From the NCBI GenBank assembly GCA_043228905.1, contig JBHGNT010000174.1:1-61196 (forward strand): a stretch of DNA of 61,196 nucleotides, written 5' to 3'. The notes beneath the pieces were generated by a model that was not told where the DNA came from, made no database searches, and was given only the letters and a program-made list of their open reading frames with translations. The position numbers were made by a program, and so were the translations under genes. The number at the start of each line of letters is the position of its first letter. Position 1 is the stretch's first letter. This DNA is from Azolla caroliniana (taxonomy: Eukaryota > Plantae > Polypodiophyta). This document shows, piece by piece, positions 1-12,533 of this stretch.

Positions 1-3000
1 ATCACTTTACCTTCTCTCTTGGTTCTAACACCAAGCACGGGTGGAAAATACACGCGGCTACATGCACCATGGAGGAGTTACACGGAGCATGCCCGAATGT
101 GCGCATGAAGTTAAAAGACGTTGAAATAGACCAGCACTTCTTCGTGCAGGAAACATCCTCACACCCAGTTATCCTCGGCAAGCCATACATTACGGCAGCC
201 CTTATGGAGACCAAAGTACTGGACAACAGTTCACCGTACGCAAGGGTAAAAAGCCAAGATGGATGTCACTCCGTCCAGTTCTTGACGGTACGACCGAACC
301 ATGAGCGCAACCAAGAGACCTTCGACGGCGATGGCCGAGGGGATTTTTAGAGAGGGCTATCAAGGTGTGGGGCCGCGATAGTCCAGACACCTCGGAGGAA
401 CCCCACACGTGTACCATAGGTAGGAAGTTTTGGTTCTCAGACAGTGGAGGTTGTACAGTCACCGGCATCGGCGGCCGGGAAAGGAAGAAGGTCGAGGAGC
501 GTCTCAGGGCGTGCGGACTCCTTGGCCCAAACGAAGAGATTAGTGATGCCGTGGAGGCAGTCTCCTTTGACGACACCCTGGGAGAGATAGGGAGGGTGTT
601 CGAAGAAGGCCTCGATGAAGACCGGGTGGTTCCAGTTGCTTCCGTAGAGATGTACGAAGTCATTGCGGACTTCTGGGAGAGGAGGACCGGTTTCGGAGGA
701 TGCTCGGGAGGCACGAAAAGGCCTTCGCATTCTCGTCGGAGGAGATCGGGTGCGTGGACTTGATGATCACGGAACCAATGGTTATCTTCACGGTATCGCA
801 TTTGTCGTGGAACCTCAAACCGATTCCGGTACCAAGAGCTCACATCTCGAAATTGATGGAGCTACTGAAGTTGAAGGTGGAGATTGGCATCCTCGAGCCG
901 TCGAGTGCCCCGTATTCGAATTGGTGGTTTACGGTGCCGAAGAGGAATGGCATGTTGTGCTTCATTCAAGACCTGCAGTCGGCCAACAAAGTGATTATAC
1001 TAAACGCATGGATCGGGCCGACGATTGACGAGTTTGCAAAGGCCTTCGCTGGAAGGTCGATCTATTCGGTTGGTGATCTGTACTCGGGATACGATCAATT
1101 CCAACTAGCCGTAGAGAGAAGGGATATTACGACAATGCGGACTCCTCTCGGTTTAGTGCGGATGTGTACCCTACCGCAAGGAGGGACCAAGTCGGTGGTG
1201 CACATGGTGAACGCAATGAATAAAGTGCTAAGGGACTGCATCCCAAACATCGCCATGCCGTTTTTTGAAGAGGTCCCGATCAAAGAATGTCCAGTAGAGG
1301 ATATGGACGAATCGGTCGGACCGGATGGATGCCGGAGGTTTGTAGCAGACCACATCGACGACTATGAGCAGGTGTTATATAGGGTCGAGAACGCGCGGCT
1401 CAACTTCTCCAGAGAGAAGTCTGCTTTCGGGCAATCCGAGATCTTGGTGGTTGGACACTTGTGTAGGCCTTACGGTCGGAAACCGTCTCCGACGAAGGTG
1501 GAAACCATCTCCACAATAAAGGAAGAATGCAAGTCGGTTACAGAGGTCCGAAGGTTTCTAGGCGCGTGTGTGTTCTATCACATCTGGATTCCACACTACG
1601 CAAATGTCTCAAAACCGCTCTACGGGTTGTTGAAGAAGGGGCACAAGTTCGAGTGGAATAGGAGCATATGGAGTCGGTCTGGAGGTTGAAGGAAGCACTA
1701 ACCGCAACATCGGCACTCCGGAAAGCGGTTTACAAAAAGGAGGTCCCGATTTATGTGACCGTGGATACAAGTCCGATCGGGATCGGATGGGTGGTCAATC
1801 AGGAGGAAGGAAACGGCACGAGGTTCCCCATCCGGTTCGGAGCGAAGGTACTAAGCGAGTGGTGGCAAGGGTACGCCCCGGTTAAGCGCAAACTTTGGGG
1901 TATCATTTTGGCATTTAAGGCCGACAAAGACTATCTTATCGAGACGAAGGTAATAATCACGATGGACTGCCTACCGATCCTCGGTATGGTTTCCGAATAC
2001 GTGACGCCAGACCTGGCAATGCTCAGGTGGATCGCGTGCATTAAGTCCCTGAATCCGGACATACACCACATCTTCGGGAAGGACAACGCCATGGCCTACA
2101 TGCTTTCCAGAGCACGGTTCGATGACGAAGGCGGCATGGTTTCTGAAGACGAAGAAGTCGGCATAGACTTCTTCGAGTCAGCACGCATGGCGGCAAGAGA
2201 GGGGAGCACACCGGCACTTCACGAATTTAACAAAGGTGAGTACAACAGGGAGTGGCTCCAGATCAGTAGGTACTTGAGGACGTTGACACCAAACGAGGCA
2301 TGGATGAAGGACGAGGCAAACCGGATCCGGAAGAAGGCGTACCGGTTCTTCCTACGGGACGGGAGCTTATGGAGGCATCTGAAGAAGTGAAATGGTGTCC
2401 CACTCCGCGCAGCCGGAAGAGTAGAGGAACAGAAGGCATTGCTATCGGCGTATCACGAGAGCCCTTGGGCCGGACACCGTGGAACGTGGGCCACATTCGA
2501 GAAGATGAAGGAGAAGTATTGGTGGCCGGGAATGTACCGGGACGTGCACCAATTCGTGACGACCTATGAAAGTTATCTAGTGCATTCCGTGATCCAGCAC
2601 AGAGATGAGTTGCACCCGACCTACCCGCCGACTGTCCATTTCAAGTGGATGGTGGATTTAGTGACGATGTCGATGGGGGTCGGGCAGATGCGGTATTTGG
2701 CACTTGCACGAGAGGACCTGACGAACCAAGTGGAGGGTCGTGCGCTACTAAACAAGACGACTGCGGCCGTGTGTCGGTTCCTGATCAAGGACGTGATATG
2801 TCGCTACGGGTGCATAGGGAAGATCGTGGCTGACCGGGGATAGCTGGACGCGTAGGAAGTCGATGAGTTGTTCGGCCGGTTAGGGGTTAAGCTCTCTCTC
2901 ACGACAACGTACAATCCGGAGGCGAACGGGAAAGTGGAGCGCGGACACGAGCCGATCGTGAAGGCATTAGTATGAGCATGCGAAGGACAAGTTGGTAACT

Positions 3001-4354
3001 AGTCACGACTCCTACCCTACGTTTTGTGGGCGGACCGAACTACGCATAGTTCGGTAACTGGGTTCATGCCGGCAGAGCTGATGTGTGGGTAAAAGACGAT
3101 CATGCCGATGGAGCAGACGAATTCCTCATGGGCAACATGTGGACTAGAGAGACGAGATGAGCCGGGAACAGCTGTTGGCGGCGCGGATTCGCCAGCTTGA
3201 GAGAAGACTAGAGGACGTGGACCAGGCAAAGGCAAAGCTGCAAGCGGCGAGGGTGAAGAATAAGGGTCGGTTCGACTAGACGCACCTGCTACGACCGAAG
3301 AAGATCGAGGAAGGCGACTAAGTACTGATTTACGATAGTAGCCTCGACAATCATCACAAGGCAACGCGTAGGTTTGTGAGGAGGTGGTTCAGGCCCTACA
3401 CCATAACGGGCGCGAATAGCAACGGCATCTACCATCTCGCAGAGCTCGACGGAACGCAGATAGCGGTACCGCTGGCGGGGAAGAGAATCAAGGCGTTCAA
3501 GAAGCGGCACAAAGACTAGCCGGTCCCGGAGAGAGTGGACGATTATTCGGAGAGCGACAGTTGACCATAAGCCGGTTTTCTCCCTATATCTGTCTCTTTT
3601 CGGCGCATGCCCGTAGATGTGTGGTTTGGTGGGGGTGGATGTCCTGGACAAAACCGGCCGTAGGAGGGAGTCCTAGCACGTGAACAGTTTTTACACAGAT
3701 ACGCACCGATTTAAGTTAATGTACCTCATTTAAGAGTAGGTCGGCGTGATGTAAATATAAACATATTAATAGGTTAGCAAATCAAGGCGTATCTCTGTCC
3801 GAAGGGACAGGGAATAAAGGTGATGTAACTAGGATGTAACGGCCGATCCTCAACGGCCTATAAAAAAAAGGGGGGGAGAAAGACTGAGGGAGGGGATCGC
3901 TTTTGGGAGGAGGTGTTGTCAGACTAGGAACCAAGCACCAATTTCTTTTGTTATCTCTGCAGGATTCTTGCGTGGATGCCTTTGTTCATGAGGAAAGCAT
4001 GTGTGCTTCCGGTAGAGGCTACACAGCGCATTTTTAACCTGGTGTGTGTGAGTGTGAGTGTGAGTGTGAGTGTCTGGCGTGGACGTCGGCGTACCGGTTG
4101 TAATCTCCGTCTAGTTGTAATCAACTCTTCCTAAGTGTGATCTCTGTTCAGTTGCAATATTCTTTAAACCACTGCGATTCTTTGTCTGTCTTTGGCGTGT
4201 TGTCGTGTCATTGTCTGACTCGGCAAGCTCTACGCTTGCTGGCATCTAGCACTTACTGTCTCGCTCTGTCTCTTTCTTTTCCTTCTATCTTCGCACACTC
4301 CTCGGTTCAAGGCCCCCGCGGTCCCGCCTTAGTTTCCTACGCGCAAACATGACA
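1..4354 (+). mobile_element. Ty3/Gypsy LTR retrotransposon, 3' part (decayed protease-RT-RNaseH-integrase, PPT, 3' LTR), inserted into a Copia element
   Basis: Domain order protease (69-350), RT (700-1689; EPSSAPYSNWWFTVPKRNGMLCFIQDL, YxDD box decayed to PFFEE), RNaseH (1668-2390; VTVDTS...DCLP), integrase (2439-3520; HESPWAGHRG, YNPEANGKVER). Many frameshifts and stops. G-rich PPT 3621-3639 precedes the LTR. Confidence 0.95.
3640..4354 (+). repeat. 3' LTR of the Gypsy element
   Basis: Starts TGTCCTG directly after the PPT and ends CATGACA (imperfect terminal inverted repeat). TATAAAA at ~3859. The Copia RT frame (..IVAIEDLELKQMDVK) resumes right after it. Confidence 0.8.
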
Positions 4355-6096
4355 ACATGACATCGTGGCGATAGAAGATCTAGAGCTCAAGCAGATGGAC
4401 GTAAAGATGGAATTCCTACACGGAGATCTGGAAGAAGACATATATATGTCTAAACTGGCAGGCTTCACGGCGATAGGGGAGGATAGTCACCTCGTATGTC
4501 GACTAAAGAAAAGTCTATATGGCCTAAAACAAGCGCCGAGAATGTGGTACTAGAAGTTTGACTCCTACATACGGCAGCTTGGATACAACATATCAGACTC
4601 CGACCCATGCATGTATGGTCGGCAATTGGCCGATGAGTCAAGTATCTATCTGATCCTATACATCGATGACATGTTGATTGCAGGAAGCAATCAAGTAGAG
4701 ATCGGTAAGCTGAAGCGGATCCTTCACGCAAAGTTCGCGATGAAGGAACTCGGACAAGCCCGACACATACTGGGCATGAGGATAGAGCGAAATCGGACGA
4801 CCAAAACTCTCCAACTCTCCCAATCCGAATACATCCGCAAGGTGCTGAAGTGCTTCAACATGGAGAATGTGCACCGACACCGCTTCCGACGTTGATCAGA
4901 CTATCGGACAGAGACTCTCCTGCAACGGACAAGGAGAGAGAGCTTAATGGAAAGATACCCTATGCGTCGGCAGTAGGAATTATCATTTACGCAATGGTGG
5001 CAACCCGACCTAACCTAGCCTATGTCGTAGGGGTGGTCAACCAGTACATGTCAAACCCAGGAAAGAAGCATTGGGAGGCCGTCAAGCACATTCTTAGGTA
5101 TCTAAAAGGAACCTTGGATGCATAGCTAACTTTCGGACTGACAACCTCAGCCAAAGTCAAAGGCTACACCGATTCCGACTACGCTGGAAACACAAATAAT
5201 CGGAAATCGACATCAGGCTACAACTTCACCTATCGTGGTTGGTGTGATATCATGGAGGTCGAAACTTCAAGAGTGCACGACTTTGTCTACCACAGAAGCC
5301 GAGTACATAGCATCATCGGAAGCAGCGAAGGAAGCGATCTGGTAGCACCGACTGACTGTCGACTTCGAAACTGCAAACCTAAAACGGCTAACCAACACCG
5401 ACCATCTATTGCGACTCACAAAGCACAATACACCTCATCCACAATCCCGTCTATCATGTGAAGAGGAAGCACATTGAGGTGCGGTATCATCATATCTGAG
5501 AGCTCGTGAGCGAGAAGAAACTTGAAATCCAGAAGATTGACACCGAAGTGAACATCGTTGATTGCCTGACGAAGCCACTCCTAGATCAATGTTTTGGAAC
5601 ACTAAGGACGAAGATGGGGCTACGACAAGCGATCGAGCAGAAGAAAGCCAAACGAGGAGCGCAAGGTAAGAGTTGACCGACACTCATACTATACCCCTGC
5701 CGACTCGGCTACTTGCCGACAGACTTGTAACATAAAATCTAGTTAAATTTGTAATCTAGGTTTACGATGGAGATAACCCCAAGCACTTGTACATGCAAGA
5801 AAGAGTAGTCCTTTTACGGGGGAGTTTGTTGGCATAAAAGGCCGACTCCTTCCAAATTGTATCCGTCCGAGTGTGAACTCGTTAATAAGTTAGGGCTTAG
5901 TATATAAGCGAATACCTAACATTGTAATGAGTGATGACGAGTGACAGAGAGATGAAGTGATTGTGCATTGTATCTCTGAGAGAGAACGAAGTAATAACAA
6001 GCTTTCCATTAAAGCTCGATCTACTGTCTAAGTCTCGATTCACTGTATTTTCTGTGTGTGTTGTTTTCTGTGCATAAGCGAACAGGTCCGCAAACA
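4355..6096 (+). mobile_element. Ty1/Copia retrotransposon remnant (RT-RNaseH, PPT, 3' LTR 5827-6096)
   Basis: QMDVKMEFLHGDL, LKKSLYGLKQAPRMWY, YIDDML, GYTDSDYAG, STTEAEY and KHIEVRYH motifs with stops and frameshifts. PPT GGGGGAG at ~5818-5824, then TGTTGG...CAAACA. Confidence 0.92.
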
Positions 6097-6399
6097 TTTT
6101 CCGCATACGTATACATATATATACATACATCAACAAGAGCAAGGGGGGAAAAGCGAAGATTAAAAAGCAGGGATGGGGGAGCAGAGTATATATATATATA
6201 TAAGGGGGCAAAAAGTTTTTCTCTTTTTTAGGGGGCCAAAAAGTTTTCTTTTTCTTTTTTTTTTGGGGGGGGGGGGCAAATAGCCCATTCCTATATATAT
6301 ATAGCTTGAATCGCTTAAGTCAAGAAATTTGTGTTTGAAGGGTATTTTGATAAATAGAGCTTGTACATTTGAGTGTATAATTACTTTATAAAGTGTAAT

Positions 6400-6492
6400 T
6401 TTTTGGACATAGGGGTAGTTTGGTAAATTTGGAACTTCCAGGGGCATTCTGGTAAATAGACGAACTTCCAAGGGTATCTTGGTACTTTTCCC
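6400..6492. mobile_element. possible Mutator-like terminal inverted repeat remnant
   Basis: Ends ...GGGTATCTTGGTACTTTTCCC (reverse complement GGGAAAAGTACC...), with reiterated GGTAAAT/GAACTTCCA units reminiscent of MULE TIRs. No partner TIR or TSD found. Confidence 0.25.
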
Positions 6493-6858
6493 TATATTAT
6501 ATTCGTAATATTATGAAATAGTTGCCACCTCACATAAGCTAATTCATGATCACCAACTTGCATGCTTCAATAAATGCCAATTGACAATCATGAATGGATG
6601 TAAGGTGGCAAGCATACATGGGTCCACCCATGCTATGTAAGCAAGCTCTTTAGTCATTGATGAATCATTCCGATTTGACTTTGGTCTTCGGTGTATTCTT
6701 GTAATCATGTTCTTCTTTTTAATATAATTCACTTTCTTCTCTTATTTCTCTCTTCTTTTATCATTCTATCTTGTTGGCAACAAGTGTATTCTTGTAGCTA
6801 ATTGATAGGCTGTTAAGAATTAGGTAAGTAATTAGGAGTTAATTAGTACCTAATTATG

Positions 6859-6909
6859 TGATAAAGTTAAGTGCGGAAGAGTATGTGATATGTGTGTGTA
6901 TGTGTGTGA

Positions 6910-6959
<50 letters not shown>

Positions 6960-7282
6960 CACTTATGAACAATACAAGATGGGGGATGAGTAACTATATA
7001 TTAAATTAGCATCAACATCATCATCCAATATAAAAATACCCACAATAAGGTATATATACATCTCATGTGCAAAGGTGCACATGTGTGAGTAGAATATAGG
7101 TACTAATGTGTAATTCCTATATTAAATGTACTTAGGAGTGGAGGATCTAGAATATCCCACTCAAGTACAAGGTCCTATTTAAGGCGTTATGGTCAACACT
7201 TCTAACTAGATTCTATCTAGGTAACTACAAAGTTACATTGTTGACTAACTAACTAAACTAAGTTGAGCTTGATCTCTCAACA
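6859..7282 (-). mobile_element. solo-LTR-like sequence of a Copia family related to the element at 8135-21259; contains (GA)n at 6914-6957
   Basis: Begins TGATAAAGTTAAGTGCGGAAG (compare AAAGTTAATGTGCGGAAG at 20350) and ends GTTGAGCTTGATCTCTCAACA (compare GTTGAGCTTGTCTGCTCAACA ending at 8492). No matching TSD. Confidence 0.55.
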
Positions 7283-8134
7283 GGCTCCATAGTTGTGAGA
7301 AAAGCTCAATATGGTTCTCTAATAAGAAGAAGAAGAGACGAACAAGAAAACCTTTAGTTCAAATATCAAGAGCTTAACAAAATTGAGAAAGGAAAATAAG
7401 GACAAACTAGAATTTTATTATAGACACCAATATCAAGAGTTACAAGGTTATGTTGAAGATTAATGTTGAACTATAAATAAGAAGTATGTTTAATGCAATA
7501 ATGTAATGGTTGAATTTTAATGTGCATATGTGTATATTTTAAATTTAGTTGAACTAGGACTTTCATGGGTTCAAGCGCCCCCCAAGATCTTTGATCTTTT
7601 GAGTGTTGATTGCACCAATACCACACTCTTGCATCGAGTTCCATGAACTGTAATCTTCAAACTAGGACTTGGGTTATCAAAATAACAATGATGAAATTCT
7701 TTAATAAGAGTTGCAACATTAGCAAGATTTTCGATCAATTCCCAAGCTTGAGCACAATGTACAAAGTAGGACTTGGGTTATCAAGATATCATTAATGAAA
7801 CTCTTCAATAAGGGTTGGGGCATCAACACTTCAATAACAGTCGAGGCATACATAACATTTTCAATCAACTCCCAAGCTCAATTACCAAGCGTGTAACTTA
7901 ACCAATCCATTGCATAATATAAATTGTTGTGCACAAACTTGGATTCCAAAATTACTTCAACCGTTGGCGAATATCTAATAGAATTAGAGGTGGGAGATGA
8001 ACAATGTGATTGCCATGATAATCCAAAATGCCATAGATTTTGGAGGATTTGAACCTAAAACCTATCACAAAAGCATCCTATTCAACACAATATTAAATTA
8101 AAAAAGGAATTTTATTCTCAACAAGAACAAGGTT

Positions 8135-8492
8135 TGACAAACCGGTTTACCCAGATCGCAACAAAAAATACACATAGGTTTAATGGAAGCTTGAATCGGA
8201 GCGGGAGAGACAGAGAGAGCACAACAACATAAGGTTAAATTCAAAATACAAGTCCTTAAAAGGACTGACATGTACTTCAATGCTCATACGAGCGACTGAC
8301 ACTAACTCCAAGAAATATGCCTACGTACTAGGCTAGGACCGTGGGCCTCTAACGGTCTACCAGTTACAATCCAATCGGTCTCTCCGATCCGACTCATGGT
8401 TCCAGATACCTATACGGTTCTCCGTTTTCGATACCGATCCGGCTCTGGCTTATTCAGCTGATCCGGATCCAGTTGAGCTTGTCTGCTCAACA
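8135..8492 (-). repeat. 3' LTR of the Copia element (outer ~25 bp missing)
   Basis: TGACAAACCGGTTTAC...GAGCTTGTCTGCTCAACA aligns with 20371-21259 once the solo-LTR insert is removed. Confidence 0.85.
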
Positions 8493-11400
8493 CTCAACCT
8501 CAAGCTCAACTTCAAGTCGGATTGTTGTGTTAGTGTTTGTCGAGATTTGTAGTCGGCTTCTTCTGGCATCTTCTCGCCTTGCTCGCGCTCCTCGACCCGT
8601 CCGGTTCCGCTTCCCACGACCCCTCCGGCTCTGCGCCTCTTGACCTTCTCGGTCGGCATGTCTACTCAACAGGCCCATCTCAGCTCCGTTGTTGTTGCGA
8701 CTTTGGCGCTTCTTGACCTATCAGTTCCTCCGTGTCGGTGTTGACTTCAGCCGCCTCCTCGTCTGTTTGGCCTTCTCTTGATTCCACTACTCCGAATCGG
8801 CTGCCTCCGATTCGTTCTAACTCTTGTCCGAATTGGTTGTCTACAATTCTTCTTCAACCTTCAGGCCCTTCACCACGTCAGACCACGTCTAGGTCTTGGC
8901 CTTCTTCCTCCGGTCGGCTCTGTCCTTCTTGACTCTACCGTCGTTGCCGCTTGTTCTGACTTTATCGGATGTGCTGACTTCTTTAGTGGACTCAACTTCC
9001 TTTTTCTTCTTGTCTCCCCCTGCCTCAGTCATTTCCTTCTCTCTAGCTGCTTGTCCAGTGCGTTTGCCTATTTTCCTAGTTTCCTCCTTTCTCCCCCTCA
9101 AGGGCGGCATGTCGAGATGCTGAAGACCAAGCATCTCCGAAAAATGTTGCAACTTGTAGGTTCCGAGTGCCTTGGTGAAGATGTTGGCAACCTGCCGATC
9201 CATCTGGACATATCAAAGTTCGACTTCATCGTTGAGGACCCGCTCCCGCACAAAGTGATAATGCACTTGTATGTGCTTTGTCCGAGCATGGAACACAAGG
9301 TTCTTGGCTAGTTGCATGTTATCGCAGTGATAATGCACTTGTTGTTACAGTGGTTTGGGATCGGAGTCGGTACTTCGATCCGGAGGTCTTGCAGCAGCTG
9401 TCGAAGTCATATGGCTTCACAGGTGGCAACGGTAGCACCTCGATACTCAACCTCAGTGCTCGATAGAGCCATAGTCGGCTGCTTTTTGCTACTCCACGCA
9501 ATAGTCGCGCTACCTAGAGAGAACATGTAACCAGAGATGTAGACCGATGATCCAACGCATCATCGTCCCAATCGGCATATGTATATCCGACTAGCTTTTC
9601 GAGTATACCGGTTGTTATAACAGTCCCCGGTCCTTAGTGCCGCTAACATACCTCCGTATTCGGTGTGCACACTGAAGGTGCTCCACTGTTGGCTTCTACA
9701 TGAATTGACTTATCATCCCGACCGAATAGCTGATGTTGGGTCAGGTGATTGTTAATTATATAAGGCTTCCGACAATCTGTCGGAACTGTCTCTCATTGCA
9801 GGCCGGTCCGGAGTCGGGATGAAGCTTGAGGTTCCGATCCAAGGGTGTGGAGACTCGTCGGCAATCCGTCATACCAAACTTATAGAACATATTCAACACA
9901 TAGTGTCGTTGTGAAAGCAATATGTCGTAGGGGGTATGGATCACTTCGATCCTGAGGAAATAATGAAAGTCACCCAGGTTCTTCATTTTGAATGCATCCA
10001 ACAATTGGGACTTCACTCGGCTGATTTCAGCAAGTCCGGTGATGACTAGATCACCTACATATAGCAGGATACATACCAGACCTTTCTGGATAAATAGTGA
10101 AGAGTCTGACTTCGAGGCCGCAAACCCCATCTTACACAACTGGTGCATGATCTTCGAATTCCAAGCACGGGGAGCTGGCTTTAGGCCGTGAAGGGACTTT
10201 TTGAGTTGGCACATTGCCGATTGAAAACCGGGGGGTTGGATCATGCAGACCTGTTCTTCAAGGTCACCTTGAAGAAACGCATTCTTCACGTCCATTTGGT
10301 GAAGATGGCACCCCCTTGTCGCAGCAACTGCCAGCACCACACGAATCGTTGTCATCTTCGCTACCGGAGTGAAGGTCTCGTCATAATAGATTCTGTGGGT
10401 TTGCGCATACCCTTTGGCCACTAACCGGGCCTTGTACCGGTTGACCGAACTGTCGGCATTGTACTTCACCTGGAAAACCCACTTCCAGCCAATCGGTTTA
10501 CAGTGTCGGGGAAGGTCAACCAATTCCCATGTGTCGTTGGCATCAAGTGCCCAAATCTCTTTCTCCATAGCGGCACGCCATTATGCATCCTTTTCTCTTC
10601 TGCATAGCTCTCCGGCTCACGCACTTCTGCCACTTTTGTCATGTACGCATAGTGATGCACCATGTACTCATTGTACCCATACCGTTTTACGGGGTTCTTC
10701 TGGCGGGTGGATTGGCACAACTTCTCATTTGCCGATTTCAAGGCCCTCTTGGTCGGCTTGGACTTTGTTCCCGAAGGTCCGTCTTTGTTCTTTCCGGAGT
10801 TGTTCTTGCTCCAATCTGACTCTTCTCTGTCGATGTCATACTCCAGCATCTTCTTCATCCCCTTCTCTTTGCGTGTGAACAGTTTCCTTGGTTCCTTACA
10901 CAGGGAGAGCACAGCCGAGTCTCCACTACTCGTCGACTCTTCATCTGACTGGTTGTTCCAACTCAATCGCTCATTCGGCCCACTTAGCCGGAATGAGATC
11001 GGACTCTCGTCTAGAGTACCAAATCCTTCTTCATCTTCTGCCTGTATCAATTGAGGCTCACTAGCCTCATCTTCCAGAATCTGGTCAGAATTGGGGGTCA
11101 GAGTCTTTCGAAAGTACCATGATGCCGACTCATCAAATTCGGCATCTCAGCTCACTCGAACTTGTTTTGTTCAGGGGATATAGCACTTATAACCCTTTTG
11201 TTCATGTGAGTAGCCAACACTGATACACTTCTGCGACTTCGGGTCCAACTTTCTCCGCTTCTCATCCGGCACATGCACATAAACAATGCTACCGAATACC
11301 TTGAGGTGTCTTAAGTTCAGCTTCCGCCCGAAATACAGTTCATGTGTTGGCACCTTGTCCCCGATCTGGTTTTGGATGTAGACAGCCATTTGGACCACTT

Positions 11401-11938
11401 CGGCCTAGTAGAACTTGGGTATGCTCTTCTCTTCCAGCATTGCCCGTGTTGCCTCCACAATTGACCAATTCTTCCTTTCGGCCACACCGTTTTGTTCTGA
11501 TGTGTATCTACAACTGAATTCCCTCTGAATTCCTTTCTGTTGTAGATAACTGTTGAATAGGCTAGAAAAATATTCTTTTCTGCCATCTGACTACAGGCAC
11601 TTGATTTTCCACTCCGTTTGCCGTTCCACAAGACTTTGCATGTTCTGGAAATAGTCGAAAAATTCGCTTTTCCTTTTGATCAGGTAGATCCATGTGTGCC
11701 GGTTGTAGTCGTCGATGAAGGAGACGAAATATCGACACCCGCCAAGACTAACGTTCTATGCCGGTCCCCATACATTTGAATGTATCAAGTCGAGCTTGTT
11801 ACGGGTTCGGTTTATTTCGGTGAGGAACGGAAGCCGGTGTTGCTTCCCGAGTTGGCACGCTTCGCAAATTTGAGCCTTTCAACCACTAAATTTCGTCAAT
11901 CCGAAGACAACCTGTTTCAATTGCAAGTCTTGAAGCCT

Positions 11939-12533
11939 TGTTATCTGTGGGACAAAGGTTATGAAGTGTGGAACAAATCTAAAAGAAACGAGTAGGTAAA
12001 GGTAGGTGAAAAGGAGAATCCATCGAGCATGAAGGAAGTACCGAATGAATTACGCACAACTGAGAATAAAGACCAGAAAATCAGAGAGGTGGTTGAAGCG
12101 CGCTAAGAAGAACCAGAAACTATAAAAATCCAAGTAGTAGTAGTAGGAACGGAGTGTGGGCAAAGAGAGATGTTTGTATACCTTTAAGAGAGGGAGATAC
12201 TCCTATTATACTAGGCAAAGAGAATTATATATGTATGTCTACTTTTTTCCTGTTAGAGTGAATAGAAATTTCGGCCCTAAGCCGTGTAATCGTTTATGCA
12301 GTAATCTTATAATACACAATTGTGGGCCTATCTTTTCGTGTCATTAAACATTCATCTTTACTATTGGGTTTTTTGTCCGAGTTATAAGTATAAATCATAA
12401 GACCGGTTGTGGCCGGCCATTTTCATAGTCGATCGGTATGTTCGGCCCTATTTTTCCGTTGTACGTAACCACGATTCCTTGACCCGATTACCAAGGAAGT
12501 AATCGGAGGTGTATCTCCAAACAAGACATAACA
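11939..12533 (+). repeat. 5' LTR (595 bp)
   Basis: TGTTATC...CATAACA. TATAAAA at 12121 and ATTAAA at ~12343. Repeated with scattered substitutions at 18948-19547. Confidence 0.95.

Noticed and set aside
8450-9311. Overlapping ORFs in the Copia 3' region as an env-like gene
   Set aside because: Short, low-complexity or antisense to RNaseH, with no sustained frame on the element strand.
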